Positions 47,966 to 58,917 of a DNA stretch of 64,000 nt are shown in pieces. The stretch lies in the IMG/VR virus record IMGVR_UViG_3300025608_000006, one strand, 5' to 3'. The translations under genes and the position numbers were made by a program. The notes under the pieces were generated by a model, which worked only from the letters and a program-made list of their open reading frames with translations, had not been told where the DNA came from and made no database searches. The first letter of the stretch is position 1. Each line of letters starts with the position of its first letter. This DNA is from a virus (Duplodnaviria > Caudoviricetes).

Positions 47966-50900
47966 ATGGCAGATTTTAATTTAGATAGAATTAGATTTAG
48001 ATGGAAAGGCGACTGGACAATATCAACACAGTATGTTAAAGACGATATTGTTCGTTTTGAAGGAAAGTCATACGTATGTTTGATTGGTCACGAATCTAAT
48101 TCGAATAAAATCTATCCAGACTTGAACTTAGAAGCACCCAACACACGTTGGGAATTAATGTTTGACGGTAATCAATGGAGAGGTGATTGGCAATTTACTA
48201 CATACTATCATCTCGGAGACATAATTAAGTATAGTGGGTATGTTTATCAGTGTATCGAAGAACACGAATCTACAAATATTAGATCTCAGGCTCTAATACA
48301 AGATGTTTTGAAATGGACCATTGTAGCTACAACATACAATTGGCTTAATACGTGGACACCTAGTATTGCTCCTGATGGAGAAGACCTAGGTACACCGCAG
48401 TATTATAATTTAGGCGATGTTGTAATTTATAATGGCATAACATATATTTGTATTGAAAAGCATGTTGCTGCCGATTCTTATGCGTTAGGACTAGAAGACG
48501 ATCAATCGAAATGGTCAATTGTTACTAGAAGTGATAATTGGAGAACAGATTGGACCATTGATACTAGATATGCAGTTGACGATATCGTCAAATATGGTGC
48601 TATCAGTTATAGATGTATAGAAGGACACAATAGTGCTGCCGATGCTGATGACGGACTAGAAGAAGATCAATCTAAATGGGAAATATTTTTAGAAGGTATT
48701 GAATATACAGGAAACTGGGTTACTGAATATCGATATAAAAAATATGATGTTGTAAAATACGGCGGGTCGCTATGGAGAGCAATAGTAGGTCATTCTTCTG
48801 GAACCAGTCTAAGAAGTGATCAATCAAGTTGGGAAATTTATGTTCCAGGTCTAGAGTTTGACACTATATGGGTTAATGACGTTGAATACAACAAGGGAGA
48901 TATTGTTGTATACGGCGGATATGCTTATACTGCCTTACAAAATAACACTGACAGTGTGCCTAGTGTTAACGGACTGCTCCAAGACACTGGCGAATGGGAA
49001 TTACTTAAAGAAGGATATCGTCATTTAGGAGATTGGGTATCTGCAACATCTTATAAAACAGGAGATGTAGTAAGAGATCAAGGATATTTATATATTGCAA
49101 TTGCTGATAGTGCTGCAATTAATCCAGATTCGGACAACACAAAATGGCAAATTCTTGTAACAGGACGCAAATGGAAAAATTATTGGGTTGACAACATTGA
49201 ATATCACTTGGGTGATGTTGTAACATATGCAGGAACAACGTATATTTGTATATCAAGACATTTAGGAACCGAAAGCGATAGTCGTCCTGATCTCGATCTT
49301 GAAAATACTAATGAAAATTACTGGAGATTATTAATACAAGGTACTGCTAGTAATGTATTAACTAATCGCGGCGATTTAAGAACACACGACGATATTGAAA
49401 CTGCAAGATTTGCAATTGGAGAGCCTGGCAACCTTTTAAAGGCTGTTAACGGCAGTATTACATGGGAAAACTTTGAAGAAGTACCTAATGTATTTTTTGT
49501 AAGCCCAGCTGGCCTCGACGTACAAGGCGGCGGTTTAACTCTTAATGCTCCTTTTAAAACAGTAAAGTATGCATGCGAATACATCTCTGCAAATATTGAT
49601 ACTGACAATGTAAACACTACTATTTTTATCAAAACAGGAATTTATAGCGAACAACTTCCAATTAAGGTTCCTAGAAATTGTGCATTGTGTGGCGACGAAT
49701 TAAGAAGCACAGTAATACAACCGGCAATAGGATACGAACAAGGAAATATGTTCTATGTTAATAACGGAAGTGGAATTAGAAATATGACACTTCAAGGATT
49801 ATCAGGCACATTAGGAACTCCAAATCAATATTTAACACGCCGTCCGACAGCAGGTGCATTTGTAAGTCTCGATCCAGGTGCTGGACCAGATGACGAAACT
49901 GTGTGGATCATTAATAAATCGTGCTACGTACAAAATGTAACCACATTCGGTACTGGATGTATTGGTATGAAACTTGACGGATCGCTACACAACGGCGGCA
50001 ATAAGTCAGCAGTTGCAAACGATTTCACTCAAGTATTAAGTGACGGAATCGGATACTGGGCACTTAACGGCGGACGTTCAGAGCTTGTATCTGTGTTTAC
50101 GTATTTCTGTCATATTGGATATTTGTCTGAGAACGGCGGAATTTTACGTGCAACAAATGGTAACAATTCATATGGTTCATTTGGATCAGTTGCAGAAGGT
50201 TTTGACGAAACAGAAACTCCAATTACAGCAGAAATAGATAATAGAACACAAGAATCATTAGTACATGTTGTACATACAGACGGTACTCAGATTCTCGGAA
50301 TGGGATATTCACATGCTGGACAAAGTTACACTTCGGCAACTTCTACTATAGCTGGACCGGGCATTAATGCAACAGCTGAATACGGAGAATTTAGACAAAA
50401 TTCTCTAAGCCAAATTAGATTAATCGATCCAGCAGATTCAAGTACACCTGGAGGCTTAAATTATCAATACCTATTGAATAGCGCTCAGTCTGGAAATTCA
50501 ACACAAATTACACTAGCAGCATCTGATGAAACAGGAACAGCAGAAAAATATGTTGGTATGAGAATATTTCTAGACAGCGGCGCAGGGGTAGGGCAATATG
50601 CTTATATCACTGGATACGATCCATTAACAAAAATTGCAATAGTTAGTAGAGAATCTGACGGAGCAAGTGGATGGGATCATATATATCCAGGTTGGCCGAT
50701 TGCAAATGTTTTAGATGCCACAACTAGATATAAAATCGAACCGGCAGTAGTAGTTGACGATCCTAATTTTAGTGCAACACCTTTAGGCACTGGACTAAGC
50801 TCTAATACTTACAAATTTATTGTATCAGATAAAGATCAAAAAATTCTTGTTGTTCCTACAGATTTAGGAGAAACGCATGCTTATAGTATAAACGCAGGCG

Positions 50901-52684
50901 CTACTTGGACGAGTAATTCTAGCTTTTTAAGAACAGGTACATCTGCATTAGGAGCAATATATACTGGACAAGAATTTATAATTGTTGGAGACAGTACATA
51001 TTATTATACTTCACAAAGTGGTGCGCTCAATGACTTTGTTGAGTCTAGTGCTGCTTCTACAAATTATGTAAGTATAGCATCAGACGGCGCAGGCAAAGTT
51101 ATATTAGTTCTAGATGACGGTAGCGTGAGTTACTCGTCAGACCACGGTGCTAATTACTCGTCTGCTACTGGCGTTGCAGGGTCGTCTGCATACGGTAATA
51201 ACAAGTTTATTATTGTTAGTAGTACAGGAGACGTAGCATATTCAGAAGATTCTGGATCTTCCTGGACTACTACATCCTTAGCAATTTCACCAAGTGACTG
51301 GAAAGTTACATACGGAAATAATAGATTTGTTGCATTAGGATCAAACAATAAAACTGCTTATAGCTTTGATGGAATTACATGGTACGAAAGTGTTATTGAA
51401 AGTGACGATACATACGATACTATTTCGTACGGCGCTGGAATTTTTATTGCAACTGGCACATCTAATAAATTTGCAAAAACTGACGATGGCAATGTATGGA
51501 AAACATTTACTAGTGATAGTACAACGTATGCATTGTCTGACAATAGAGTATGGGGTCAAATGGAATATATGCCAAATACTAAAAATTGGATTGCTGTTGC
51601 AAACGGCCCTGATTGGGATACTGTAGAAGTTGGTTCGACTGCATTTGCTAGAGTTAACGTATCTTCTAGTAGATTGCAAGATTTTATTATTTACAATCCT
51701 GGAAGCAATTATAATACTACACCACTAGTAACTATTTTTGATCCCGAAAGTACGATATATGCAGAATATTCTGTAAGAATAAATGACGGAGTTCTTACAC
51801 AACCAATGTTTACTAACAGAGGCGAAGGATATATTACAGCAACATCGACTATTACCGGTGACGGATTCGCAGATATTTTCCAAATTGGAAAAACAGTAAA
51901 ACTTAAAAATGTTACTCGTGTACCAGGTCCTGGAGCAAACGTTGTTATTAACGGCATCGATGATCGTACATATAGATTAACTACTGTTGTATCAGAGTCT
52001 GGAATAGCGCCTAATTTAGATTTAACAGTTAATATTAGTCCTCCGCTTACTAATCAAAACTCTCCCGATCACGAAGAGACACTGATTATAAGAGAACAGT
52101 ACAGCCAAGTCCGTTTAACAGGACACGACTTCTTAGATATTGGTACTGGTAATACTACTAGTACTAGATATCCTAATTTATATTTAGAAGGAGAAGATCC
52201 AGAAAATCCAAGACAGCCGTTTAATGAAACTGCTGACTTTGGCGGCGGCAGAGTTTTCTACACAAGTACAGACCAAGACGGTAACTTTAGAGTTGGAGAA
52301 TTATTTGCAGTTGAACAGGCATCAGGTACTGTTACAGTTAATGCAGATTTATTCGAGCTCGGCGGGCTTTCAGAATTATCACTAGGCGGTATCCAAGTAG
52401 GCGGAAGTGCTGTTGTTATTCGAGAATTTAGTAAAGATGGAACGTTTGTAGCGAATTCAAATAATATTGTACCTACTCAAGCAGCAATTCTTAGTTACTT
52501 AGAAAGTAGAATTAGTAGTGGTGGTGCAGATGCACTGACTAACTCATTAATTGCTGGACAAGTTAAAGTTAGTGGAAATAATATTACAACTACTTCAGAC
52601 AATCAAATTAATATTCCTGTACCTGTAAATCAAATCGGCGGTATCGATGGCGGTATGTTGACCATACAATACTTTGGAATATAA
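47966..52684 (+). CDS. Giant structural protein: CBM5/12-like repeats, beta-helix, propeller-like region
   Basis: 1572 aa; repeated W..xxYxxxDxVxYxGxxYxCxxxH.S units, GDELRS, VQNVTTFG, C-terminal FYTSTDQDGNFRVG. Confidence 0.8.
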   Translation: MADFNLDRIRFRWKGDWTISTQYVKDDIVRFEGKSYVCLIGHESNSNKIYPDLNLEAPNTRWELMFDGNQWRGDWQFTTYYHLGDIIKYSGYVYQCIEEHESTNIRSQALIQDVLKWTIVATTYNWLNTWTPSIAPDGEDLGTPQYYNLGDVVIYNGITYICIEKHVAADSYALGLEDDQSKWSIVTRSDNWRTDWTIDTRYAVDDIVKYGAISYRCIEGHNSAADADDGLEEDQSKWEIFLEGIEYTGNWVTEYRYKKYDVVKYGGSLWRAIVGHSSGTSLRSDQSSWEIYVPGLEFDTIWVNDVEYNKGDIVVYGGYAYTALQNNTDSVPSVNGLLQDTGEWELLKEGYRHLGDWVSATSYKTGDVVRDQGYLYIAIADSAAINPDSDNTKWQILVTGRKWKNYWVDNIEYHLGDVVTYAGTTYICISRHLGTESDSRPDLDLENTNENYWRLLIQGTASNVLTNRGDLRTHDDIETARFAIGEPGNLLKAVNGSITWENFEEVPNVFFVSPAGLDVQGGGLTLNAPFKTVKYACEYISANIDTDNVNTTIFIKTGIYSEQLPIKVPRNCALCGDELRSTVIQPAIGYEQGNMFYVNNGSGIRNMTLQGLSGTLGTPNQYLTRRPTAGAFVSLDPGAGPDDETVWIINKSCYVQNVTTFGTGCIGMKLDGSLHNGGNKSAVANDFTQVLSDGIGYWALNGGRSELVSVFTYFCHIGYLSENGGILRATNGNNSYGSFGSVAEGFDETETPITAEIDNRTQESLVHVVHTDGTQILGMGYSHAGQSYTSATSTIAGPGINATAEYGEFRQNSLSQIRLIDPADSSTPGGLNYQYLLNSAQSGNSTQITLAASDETGTAEKYVGMRIFLDSGAGVGQYAYITGYDPLTKIAIVSRESDGASGWDHIYPGWPIANVLDATTRYKIEPAVVVDDPNFSATPLGTGLSSNTYKFIVSDKDQKILVVPTDLGETHAYSINAGATWTSNSSFLRTGTSALGAIYTGQEFIIVGDSTYYYTSQSGALNDFVESSAASTNYVSIASDGAGKVILVLDDGSVSYSSDHGANYSSATGVAGSSAYGNNKFIIVSSTGDVAYSEDSGSSWTTTSLAISPSDWKVTYGNNRFVALGSNNKTAYSFDGITWYESVIESDDTYDTISYGAGIFIATGTSNKFAKTDDGNVWKTFTSDSTTYALSDNRVWGQMEYMPNTKNWIAVANGPDWDTVEVGSTAFARVNVSSSRLQDFIIYNPGSNYNTTPLVTIFDPESTIYAEYSVRINDGVLTQPMFTNRGEGYITATSTITGDGFADIFQIGKTVKLKNVTRVPGPGANVVINGIDDRTYRLTTVVSESGIAPNLDLTVNISPPLTNQNSPDHEETLIIREQYSQVRLTGHDFLDIGTGNTTSTRYPNLYLEGEDPENPRQPFNETADFGGGRVFYTSTDQDGNFRVGELFAVEQASGTVTVNADLFELGGLSELSLGGIQVGGSAVVIREFSKDGTFVANSNNIVPTQAAILSYLESRISSGGADALTNSLIAGQVKVSGNNITTTSDNQINIPVPVNQIGGIDGGMLTIQYFGI

Positions 52685-52697
52685 TAAAGATGGATAT

Positions 52698-52705
52698 GAT
52701 AAATA
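52698..52705 (+). promoter_or_regulatory. Late-promoter-like box GATAAATA
   Basis: Intergenic; precedes SD GGAG and ATG 52730. Confidence 0.65.
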
Positions 52706-52729
52706 TATTAAATAGAGCGGAGTTTTTAA

Positions 52730-55700
52730 ATGGCAGAGTTTAAATTAGGTAGAATTAGATTTATTTGGAAGGGCGATTGGGCAGCTTCCACAGTCTACTA
52801 CAAAGACGATATTGTTCGCAACGGCGGAAACACATATGTTTGTATTGCAGGCCATACTGCTCCGACATTGTTTACAGACGAACAATCAACCTACTGGAAT
52901 AAAATTTCAGATGGTGTTGTATGGAAAGGCGACTGGGGCATACAAAATTACTATAAAGTAAATGATATTGTAAAGTACGGCGGATATTTATATATTGCAA
53001 ATACTGCACACACTAGTACATTTGATTCTGACTTAGGATTAGAATTTGAGCAAGGTACAACTACAGCAATAACAACTACGGACGCTCCAGATTTAAGCAG
53101 AACACTTGGAACATATACTGGTGTAGCTACATCTAGTAATCAACTCGGCAAAGGTTTAACTGTTGATGTTGTAGTTGTGTCCGGTGGTGGCGCAACTATT
53201 ACACTCAATGCGCCAGGCGACGGATATGTTGTTGGCGAAGTAATAACAATTTCTGATGCAGCTATAGGCGGCGGCGGAGCTGCTGATTTAACATTTACAA
53301 TTAGTGAAGTTATTAGCAAGTGGGACTTGTTTGCTGAAGGATTTGATTACAAAGCCGATTGGGAAATTGGTACTCGTTATAAAGTAAATGATATTGCAAA
53401 ATATAATGGCACTGTATACATTTGTATAGAAGATCATACCAGTTCTGGAACACTCTCCGACGGTCTAGAAGCAGATCAATCTAAATGGAATATATTCAGT
53501 GAAGGGTTTTATTGGACAGATATTTGGAATACTAGTACACGTTATAGAGTAAATGATATTGTGCGCTACGGCGGCACCTTATATATTTGTAATCAGGGCC
53601 ATACCAGTGCAGTATCAGATGCCGACGGTCTAGAAACAGATCAATCTAAATGGGATTATCTACACAAAGGTATCGAATACAAGTCAGACTGGGAAGGTTC
53701 TACACGCTATAAAATTAATGATGTTGTAAAATACGGCGGTGGTGTATGGATTTGTACAACACAACATACTAGTACAACCAGTTTGGCAACAGATGAATCT
53801 AATTGGGCGCAATTTGTTGAAGGACTAGAATTTGAAGATAGCTGGGATGCTTATGCTAGTTATCAGCCTGGAGATTTTGTAACCTATGGAGGCTATAGTT
53901 ATGTTTCTATTACAAATAACAGTGGATTAAAGCCTAGTGATAACGATAGTGATTGGGATCTATTTACTACAGGATTCCGCTTTTTAGGCGATTACGAAGA
54001 TGATAGTGCTACAGCAGAATATATAGAAGGTGATGTAATTCGTTTAGGCGGATATACATATCTTTGTATTCTAAAGCACGAAGGATTCCGTCCGCCCAAT
54101 CCTCTATACTGGCAGCGCTTAAACGAAGGTGTTGAGTGGAAAGGCGACTGGACCGATGCAACTTTCTACGATGCAGGCGATAGTGTACAGCATGGAGTAA
54201 ACAGTTATATCTGTATACTTGCTCATACTTCAGACGAAATTACAGCACAAAACAGACCAGACCAAGATGTAGACGGTAGTGAATGGAATCTGTTAGTAGC
54301 AGGCGCAGAATCAGGAAATTTAACTACTGAAGGTGATCTAGTTTACTACGGCGGCGCTGGCGCAACTAGATTGCCAGTCGGGACACCAGGCCAAGTGCTT
54401 AAAGTCAATGATGCAGCCGACGCTCCAGAATGGACAAGTTTTGGTGCAATCAACAATGTATTTTATGTAGAAACTAATGGAGGGGTTGATGATCCAGCAC
54501 CTAGTTATGGCGTTACATTAGACCGTCCTTGGAAAACAATACGTTATGCAACTGAACAAGTACAAGCGGGTGCAATTAGATATAATGCTAAAAGTCTTTT
54601 AGAAAGAAACAGAAGCTTTATACAAGATGAAGTTATTGAATATATCAAAGCAACTTACACAGATACTGCTACTGCTACTACAGCATCAACAGATGCTATT
54701 ACAATAACTGATACTAGTTGGTTAGTAGCAGGAGAAACAGCAGTTAAATTTACAGGTACAACTTTTGGCAATATTGTTGCTGATACAGAATACTTTGTAA
54801 ACACTGTTCTTGATGCAACTACATTTACAGTATCAGCAACAAAAGGCGGCGCCATACTTGCACTATCTGACGCAACAGGTTCAATGACTTTAGATCTTTC
54901 ATATCTCGAAGCATCGTGTCGCAGAGACACAGGACAAGTATTAGATGCAGTTATATGGGATTTGTCACACGGTGGTAATGAGCGCTCAAGAGCAGCAGCA
55001 CTAGCTTATTTTAACGCAGCTGGTGATACGTACCTTGCAGATAATCCTACACAAACAGCAGGTGCTCTTGGATATATTGTTACTCTTGCAGATGCAGTTA
55101 TGTCAAATCTTGCTCCAGCAACAGTACGCGGCAGTTTAAACCAGTATACTAATTCTGCATTCGTAGAAGAAGTAGATGCACTAACAACTGTAACAACATT
55201 AACAGCAATAGTTACTAATGCAATTACAGAAGGCAACACTGGAAATGTTCCAGCAGAAGTTAAACCGCAAACTAGTATATTTGTTAAAACAGGTAACTTT
55301 AGTGAAGTATTACCAATTATTGTTCCTGAAAATACAGCAGTTATAGGAGATGAATTGCGTTCAACACGTATTTCTCCGGCAGCTTCACTAGTAGATAGTG
55401 CAGATACACCGTATACGTTAGATGCAATTGATAGATTAAAAACTATTACATCTGCAATTGTTACCGCGCCGGGTACTGTTACTAAAACTACTGGAAATGC
55501 TGAGGATCCAGTTACTACAAGTCCAGTAGGAAGTGCAGCAGCAGGAACCTTTGCAACAGAATTATGGCAGCAGATTTATGATTATATTGACCATGGAGTT
55601 AATGGTGCATCGGGAGATAGTACAGTTCCTGTGTCGTATGGTTCGAATGATCCAAACACTACAACAGATTACACTTATGCTGTTGAGTCAATTGAAGCAA

Positions 55701-58231
55701 ACAGAAATTTCTTAGTAGAAGAAGCTATTGCTTATATTGCTGATACTTATCCTGCATATACATACGACGAAGATAAATGTCGTAGAGATGTAAACAGATA
55801 TATCGATGCAATTAAATATGATTTAATTTACACAGGAAATTACAAATCTTTATTATATGCACGTTATTATGTAAATGCTGTAGGCGGAAGTACACTAGAA
55901 GACATGTTCTACATGCGTAATGGTACAGGTCTACGCAACTGCACAGTAACCGGACTATCGGGTACATTAGGAGCAGATAATATATACGGAACCAAGCGTC
56001 CATCAGCAGGTGCGTTTGTAAGTCTTGATCCAGGATGGGGTCCAGCACATGTCGATGCATGGATTATCAATAAGTCACCATATGTACAAAACGTATCTAC
56101 ATTTGGTACAGGCTGTATTGGTTGTAAAATTGACGGCGACTTACACGATGGAGGTAATGACTCGATTGTTGCCAACGACTTTACACAAATTATATCAGAT
56201 GGTATTGGTGTATGGTGTACAAACCTAGGTAGAACAGAACTTGTTTCTGTGTTCTCATATTATGGACATATTGGATACCTAGCTGAAAATGGTGGTAAGA
56301 TTCGTGCTACCAACGGTAACAGTTCTTATGGTACATTTGGTACAGTAGCTGAAGGCGTTGACGAAACAGAGATTCCAATTACCGGTAAAGTAACTAACCA
56401 ATTCTTTGATGCGGTAGTTCACCGCGTACTTACTGATGGAAATAATGTATTAACACTTGAATATGCTAATGCAGGAAGCGACTATACTACAGCCACTGAT
56501 GCACTTTTAACCATTGAAAACGTCGGCGCAGCAGACGGTGACAGAACAGAAGGAACATATTATAATGTGTCTGGTTCGTCATCAGGAAGTGGAACAGGTC
56601 AAGACTTTGATATTATTGTTGACGAGTTTGGTTTAGCTACTGTAATTGTTAACAAAGGCGGCAGCGGACACGTAGTAGCAGATGTTATTACAATTTCTGA
56701 TAGTTTACTTGGCGGCGGCAGCGCACCTGATTTAACATTTGATGTTGCTACTATCGGCGATGCAACTCAGTTTACTGTTACTGGTGAAGGATTTGGAGCA
56801 GAAGTTGATAATGCACAAACAGTTAATGGCGGCGTATTTGAAGTTAGGCTTACAGATCCGGCAGACGACAGAGGCGGCGAAGGATATCTTGATGCACAAA
56901 ACGTTGCACAGCTTGGTAATGCAACAAGTATTACTCTTTCTAACACAGATGGAAGATTAAGCAGTCAATATGTAGGAATGGCGATTTACTTAACAGCAGG
57001 TGTCGGCGCAGGACAGTATGGGTACATTGACACATATAATAATGGAACAAAGGTTGCCACCGTTAAGAAAATGAGTGACGATACAGCTGGATGGGATCAT
57101 GTTACAGGTCTTGCAATAGAAGCAGCACTAAATGATACTACAAATTACAGTATTGAACCTAGAATTACATTTGCTGCACCGCCTAGTGGATTATATGCAG
57201 ACACAGCAAAAGGGAGAGCAATTGTTTCAGATGGAGCAATTACTCAAATAACTATCTGGGATCCAGGCACAGGGTACAATAGTGCTCCAGTAATGACCTT
57301 TACTGATCCAAATAATACAGCAGATGCTCCGCATACTGTTAGAATAGGTAACGGTGTTCTAGCACAGCCTACTTGGACCAACAGAGGCGCAGGATTTGTC
57401 ACTGCTACTTGTGATATCACAGGTGACGGACATGCTGATTTATATCAACCAGGTACGCTAGTTAGAGTTACAAATTTATCAGAAAAGCCACTTCCTGGAT
57501 CAAATATTGAATTTTCTGGAATTCCCGGCGAATATTATAAACTAGTCAACGTTCGAGATTTAATAGGTACTGGTCCGTATTCAGCACAACTTCAACTAAG
57601 TCCAGAAATAACTGTTAGTGAGGCTGTAGAACACGATAGTGATATTACAATGCGTATACGCTATTCACAAGTACGATTAACAGGACACGATTTCCTAGAT
57701 ATTGGTACTGGTAATTTTGGAGACACCAATTATCCAGGAATTCCAGCCAATCCAGTTGACCCCGAAAAAGAAACTGTTGTTGGCGGCGGCGGTCGAGTAT
57801 TCTACACCAGTACAGACCAAGATGGTAACTTCCGTGTTGGACGTTTGTTTAACGTTGAACAGGCAACAGGGGTCGCTACACTAAATGCTGATGCATTTAA
57901 TATTAGTGGACTAAACGAACTATCATTGGGTGCAGTCGAACTTGGTGGTACTGGAGCAACTATTACTGAATTTAGTGTAGACGGAACGTTTACAGCTAAT
58001 AGTGATAACATTGTTCCAACACAAAAAGCAATTAAAACCTATATTGCTTCACAAATTGGTGGCGGCGCTGGCGAACTTAATGTTAACAGCATTACTGCTG
58101 GCTCGGTATTAATTAGTGGGCAGGAAATAACAACAACGACAGGCGATCAGATAAATATATTACAGAAGGTAAATTACACTGGCGGAGTTAGTGGCTCACC
58201 AGTTGCAATGAATTACTTTTTACAACAGTAA
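52730..58231 (+). CDS. Giant structural protein, paralog of 47966
   Basis: 1833 aa; MAEFKLGRIRFIWKGDW versus MADFNLDRIRFRWKGDW; same repeats and C-terminus, with different insertions. Confidence 0.8.
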   Translation: MAEFKLGRIRFIWKGDWAASTVYYKDDIVRNGGNTYVCIAGHTAPTLFTDEQSTYWNKISDGVVWKGDWGIQNYYKVNDIVKYGGYLYIANTAHTSTFDSDLGLEFEQGTTTAITTTDAPDLSRTLGTYTGVATSSNQLGKGLTVDVVVVSGGGATITLNAPGDGYVVGEVITISDAAIGGGGAADLTFTISEVISKWDLFAEGFDYKADWEIGTRYKVNDIAKYNGTVYICIEDHTSSGTLSDGLEADQSKWNIFSEGFYWTDIWNTSTRYRVNDIVRYGGTLYICNQGHTSAVSDADGLETDQSKWDYLHKGIEYKSDWEGSTRYKINDVVKYGGGVWICTTQHTSTTSLATDESNWAQFVEGLEFEDSWDAYASYQPGDFVTYGGYSYVSITNNSGLKPSDNDSDWDLFTTGFRFLGDYEDDSATAEYIEGDVIRLGGYTYLCILKHEGFRPPNPLYWQRLNEGVEWKGDWTDATFYDAGDSVQHGVNSYICILAHTSDEITAQNRPDQDVDGSEWNLLVAGAESGNLTTEGDLVYYGGAGATRLPVGTPGQVLKVNDAADAPEWTSFGAINNVFYVETNGGVDDPAPSYGVTLDRPWKTIRYATEQVQAGAIRYNAKSLLERNRSFIQDEVIEYIKATYTDTATATTASTDAITITDTSWLVAGETAVKFTGTTFGNIVADTEYFVNTVLDATTFTVSATKGGAILALSDATGSMTLDLSYLEASCRRDTGQVLDAVIWDLSHGGNERSRAAALAYFNAAGDTYLADNPTQTAGALGYIVTLADAVMSNLAPATVRGSLNQYTNSAFVEEVDALTTVTTLTAIVTNAITEGNTGNVPAEVKPQTSIFVKTGNFSEVLPIIVPENTAVIGDELRSTRISPAASLVDSADTPYTLDAIDRLKTITSAIVTAPGTVTKTTGNAEDPVTTSPVGSAAAGTFATELWQQIYDYIDHGVNGASGDSTVPVSYGSNDPNTTTDYTYAVESIEANRNFLVEEAIAYIADTYPAYTYDEDKCRRDVNRYIDAIKYDLIYTGNYKSLLYARYYVNAVGGSTLEDMFYMRNGTGLRNCTVTGLSGTLGADNIYGTKRPSAGAFVSLDPGWGPAHVDAWIINKSPYVQNVSTFGTGCIGCKIDGDLHDGGNDSIVANDFTQIISDGIGVWCTNLGRTELVSVFSYYGHIGYLAENGGKIRATNGNSSYGTFGTVAEGVDETEIPITGKVTNQFFDAVVHRVLTDGNNVLTLEYANAGSDYTTATDALLTIENVGAADGDRTEGTYYNVSGSSSGSGTGQDFDIIVDEFGLATVIVNKGGSGHVVADVITISDSLLGGGSAPDLTFDVATIGDATQFTVTGEGFGAEVDNAQTVNGGVFEVRLTDPADDRGGEGYLDAQNVAQLGNATSITLSNTDGRLSSQYVGMAIYLTAGVGAGQYGYIDTYNNGTKVATVKKMSDDTAGWDHVTGLAIEAALNDTTNYSIEPRITFAAPPSGLYADTAKGRAIVSDGAITQITIWDPGTGYNSAPVMTFTDPNNTADAPHTVRIGNGVLAQPTWTNRGAGFVTATCDITGDGHADLYQPGTLVRVTNLSEKPLPGSNIEFSGIPGEYYKLVNVRDLIGTGPYSAQLQLSPEITVSEAVEHDSDITMRIRYSQVRLTGHDFLDIGTGNFGDTNYPGIPANPVDPEKETVVGGGGRVFYTSTDQDGNFRVGRLFNVEQATGVATLNADAFNISGLNELSLGAVELGGTGATITEFSVDGTFTANSDNIVPTQKAIKTYIASQIGGGAGELNVNSITAGSVLISGQEITTTTGDQINILQKVNYTGGVSGSPVAMNYFLQQ

Positions 58232-58245
58232 CGGAGAAATAAAAA

Positions 58246-58563
58246 ATGGCCACAGGTAGACTAGCAGGAGCAGATCTCGCAGCAGGCACAAATACAACAG
58301 TTTACGAAACGCCCGCAGATATTTATACTGTGGCAAGTTTAAATATTGTAAACAGAGGCACACAGCCTACAGTAATAAATGTTGCTATAGCAGATCTTGA
58401 TACACCAACACTTGGTGAGTATATAGAATTCGAAACAGAATTACTGCCAAAAAACATATTAGAACGCACTGGTATAGTACTAGGTGCAAGTCAGAAAATA
58501 GTTGTGCGTTCCTCGCAAGCAAACGTAAGTGTTGTAGCGTTTGGAATTGAAACAACTGCATAA
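58246..58563 (+). CDS. Small beta-rich structural protein (paralog of 40331 and 47239)
   Basis: 105 aa; LNIVN...LLPKNILERTGIVLGASQ pattern. Confidence 0.7.
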   Translation: MATGRLAGADLAAGTNTTVYETPADIYTVASLNIVNRGTQPTVINVAIADLDTPTLGEYIEFETELLPKNILERTGIVLGASQKIVVRSSQANVSVVAFGIETTA

Positions 58564-58566
58564 ATA
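58560..58566 (+). promoter_or_regulatory. Late-promoter-like box ATAAATA
   Basis: Overlaps the upstream stop; heads the fibre-tip cassette. Confidence 0.55.
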
Positions 58567-58589
58567 CAAGTAACAAAGGAAGAACTCTT

Positions 58590-58916
58590 ATGGGAAGATA
58601 TATCACAAGTACACTGACTTATGCTACTACTACTGTCACTACAGGGACCAGTTATCAAGCTGTTACCAATGACAGAGTACTATGTACGTCGGGTGGAATT
58701 ACAATTACATTACCGGCGGCAGCAGATGCATTAGTCGGCGATACTGTACAAGTTTTAGATGCCGCCGGTAACGCAGGCACAAGTGCAATTACAGTAGCAA
58801 GAAATGGAGCCAATATACAAGGCACCGCAGAAAATTTAACAATCGACATCAACAATGCTGCACCTGTTTTAGTATATTCAGGAGCAACATATGGATGGGT
58901 AATTTCAGGAAGCTAA
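58590..58916 (+). CDS. Short tail-fibre shaft-like protein
   Basis: 108 aa; ITITLPAAA...GDTVQVLDAAG...ITVARNGANIQG...YSGATYGW is a common fibre module. Confidence 0.7.
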   Translation: MGRYITSTLTYATTTVTTGTSYQAVTNDRVLCTSGGITITLPAAADALVGDTVQVLDAAGNAGTSAITVARNGANIQGTAENLTIDINNAAPVLVYSGATYGWVISGS

Positions 58917-58917
58917 T

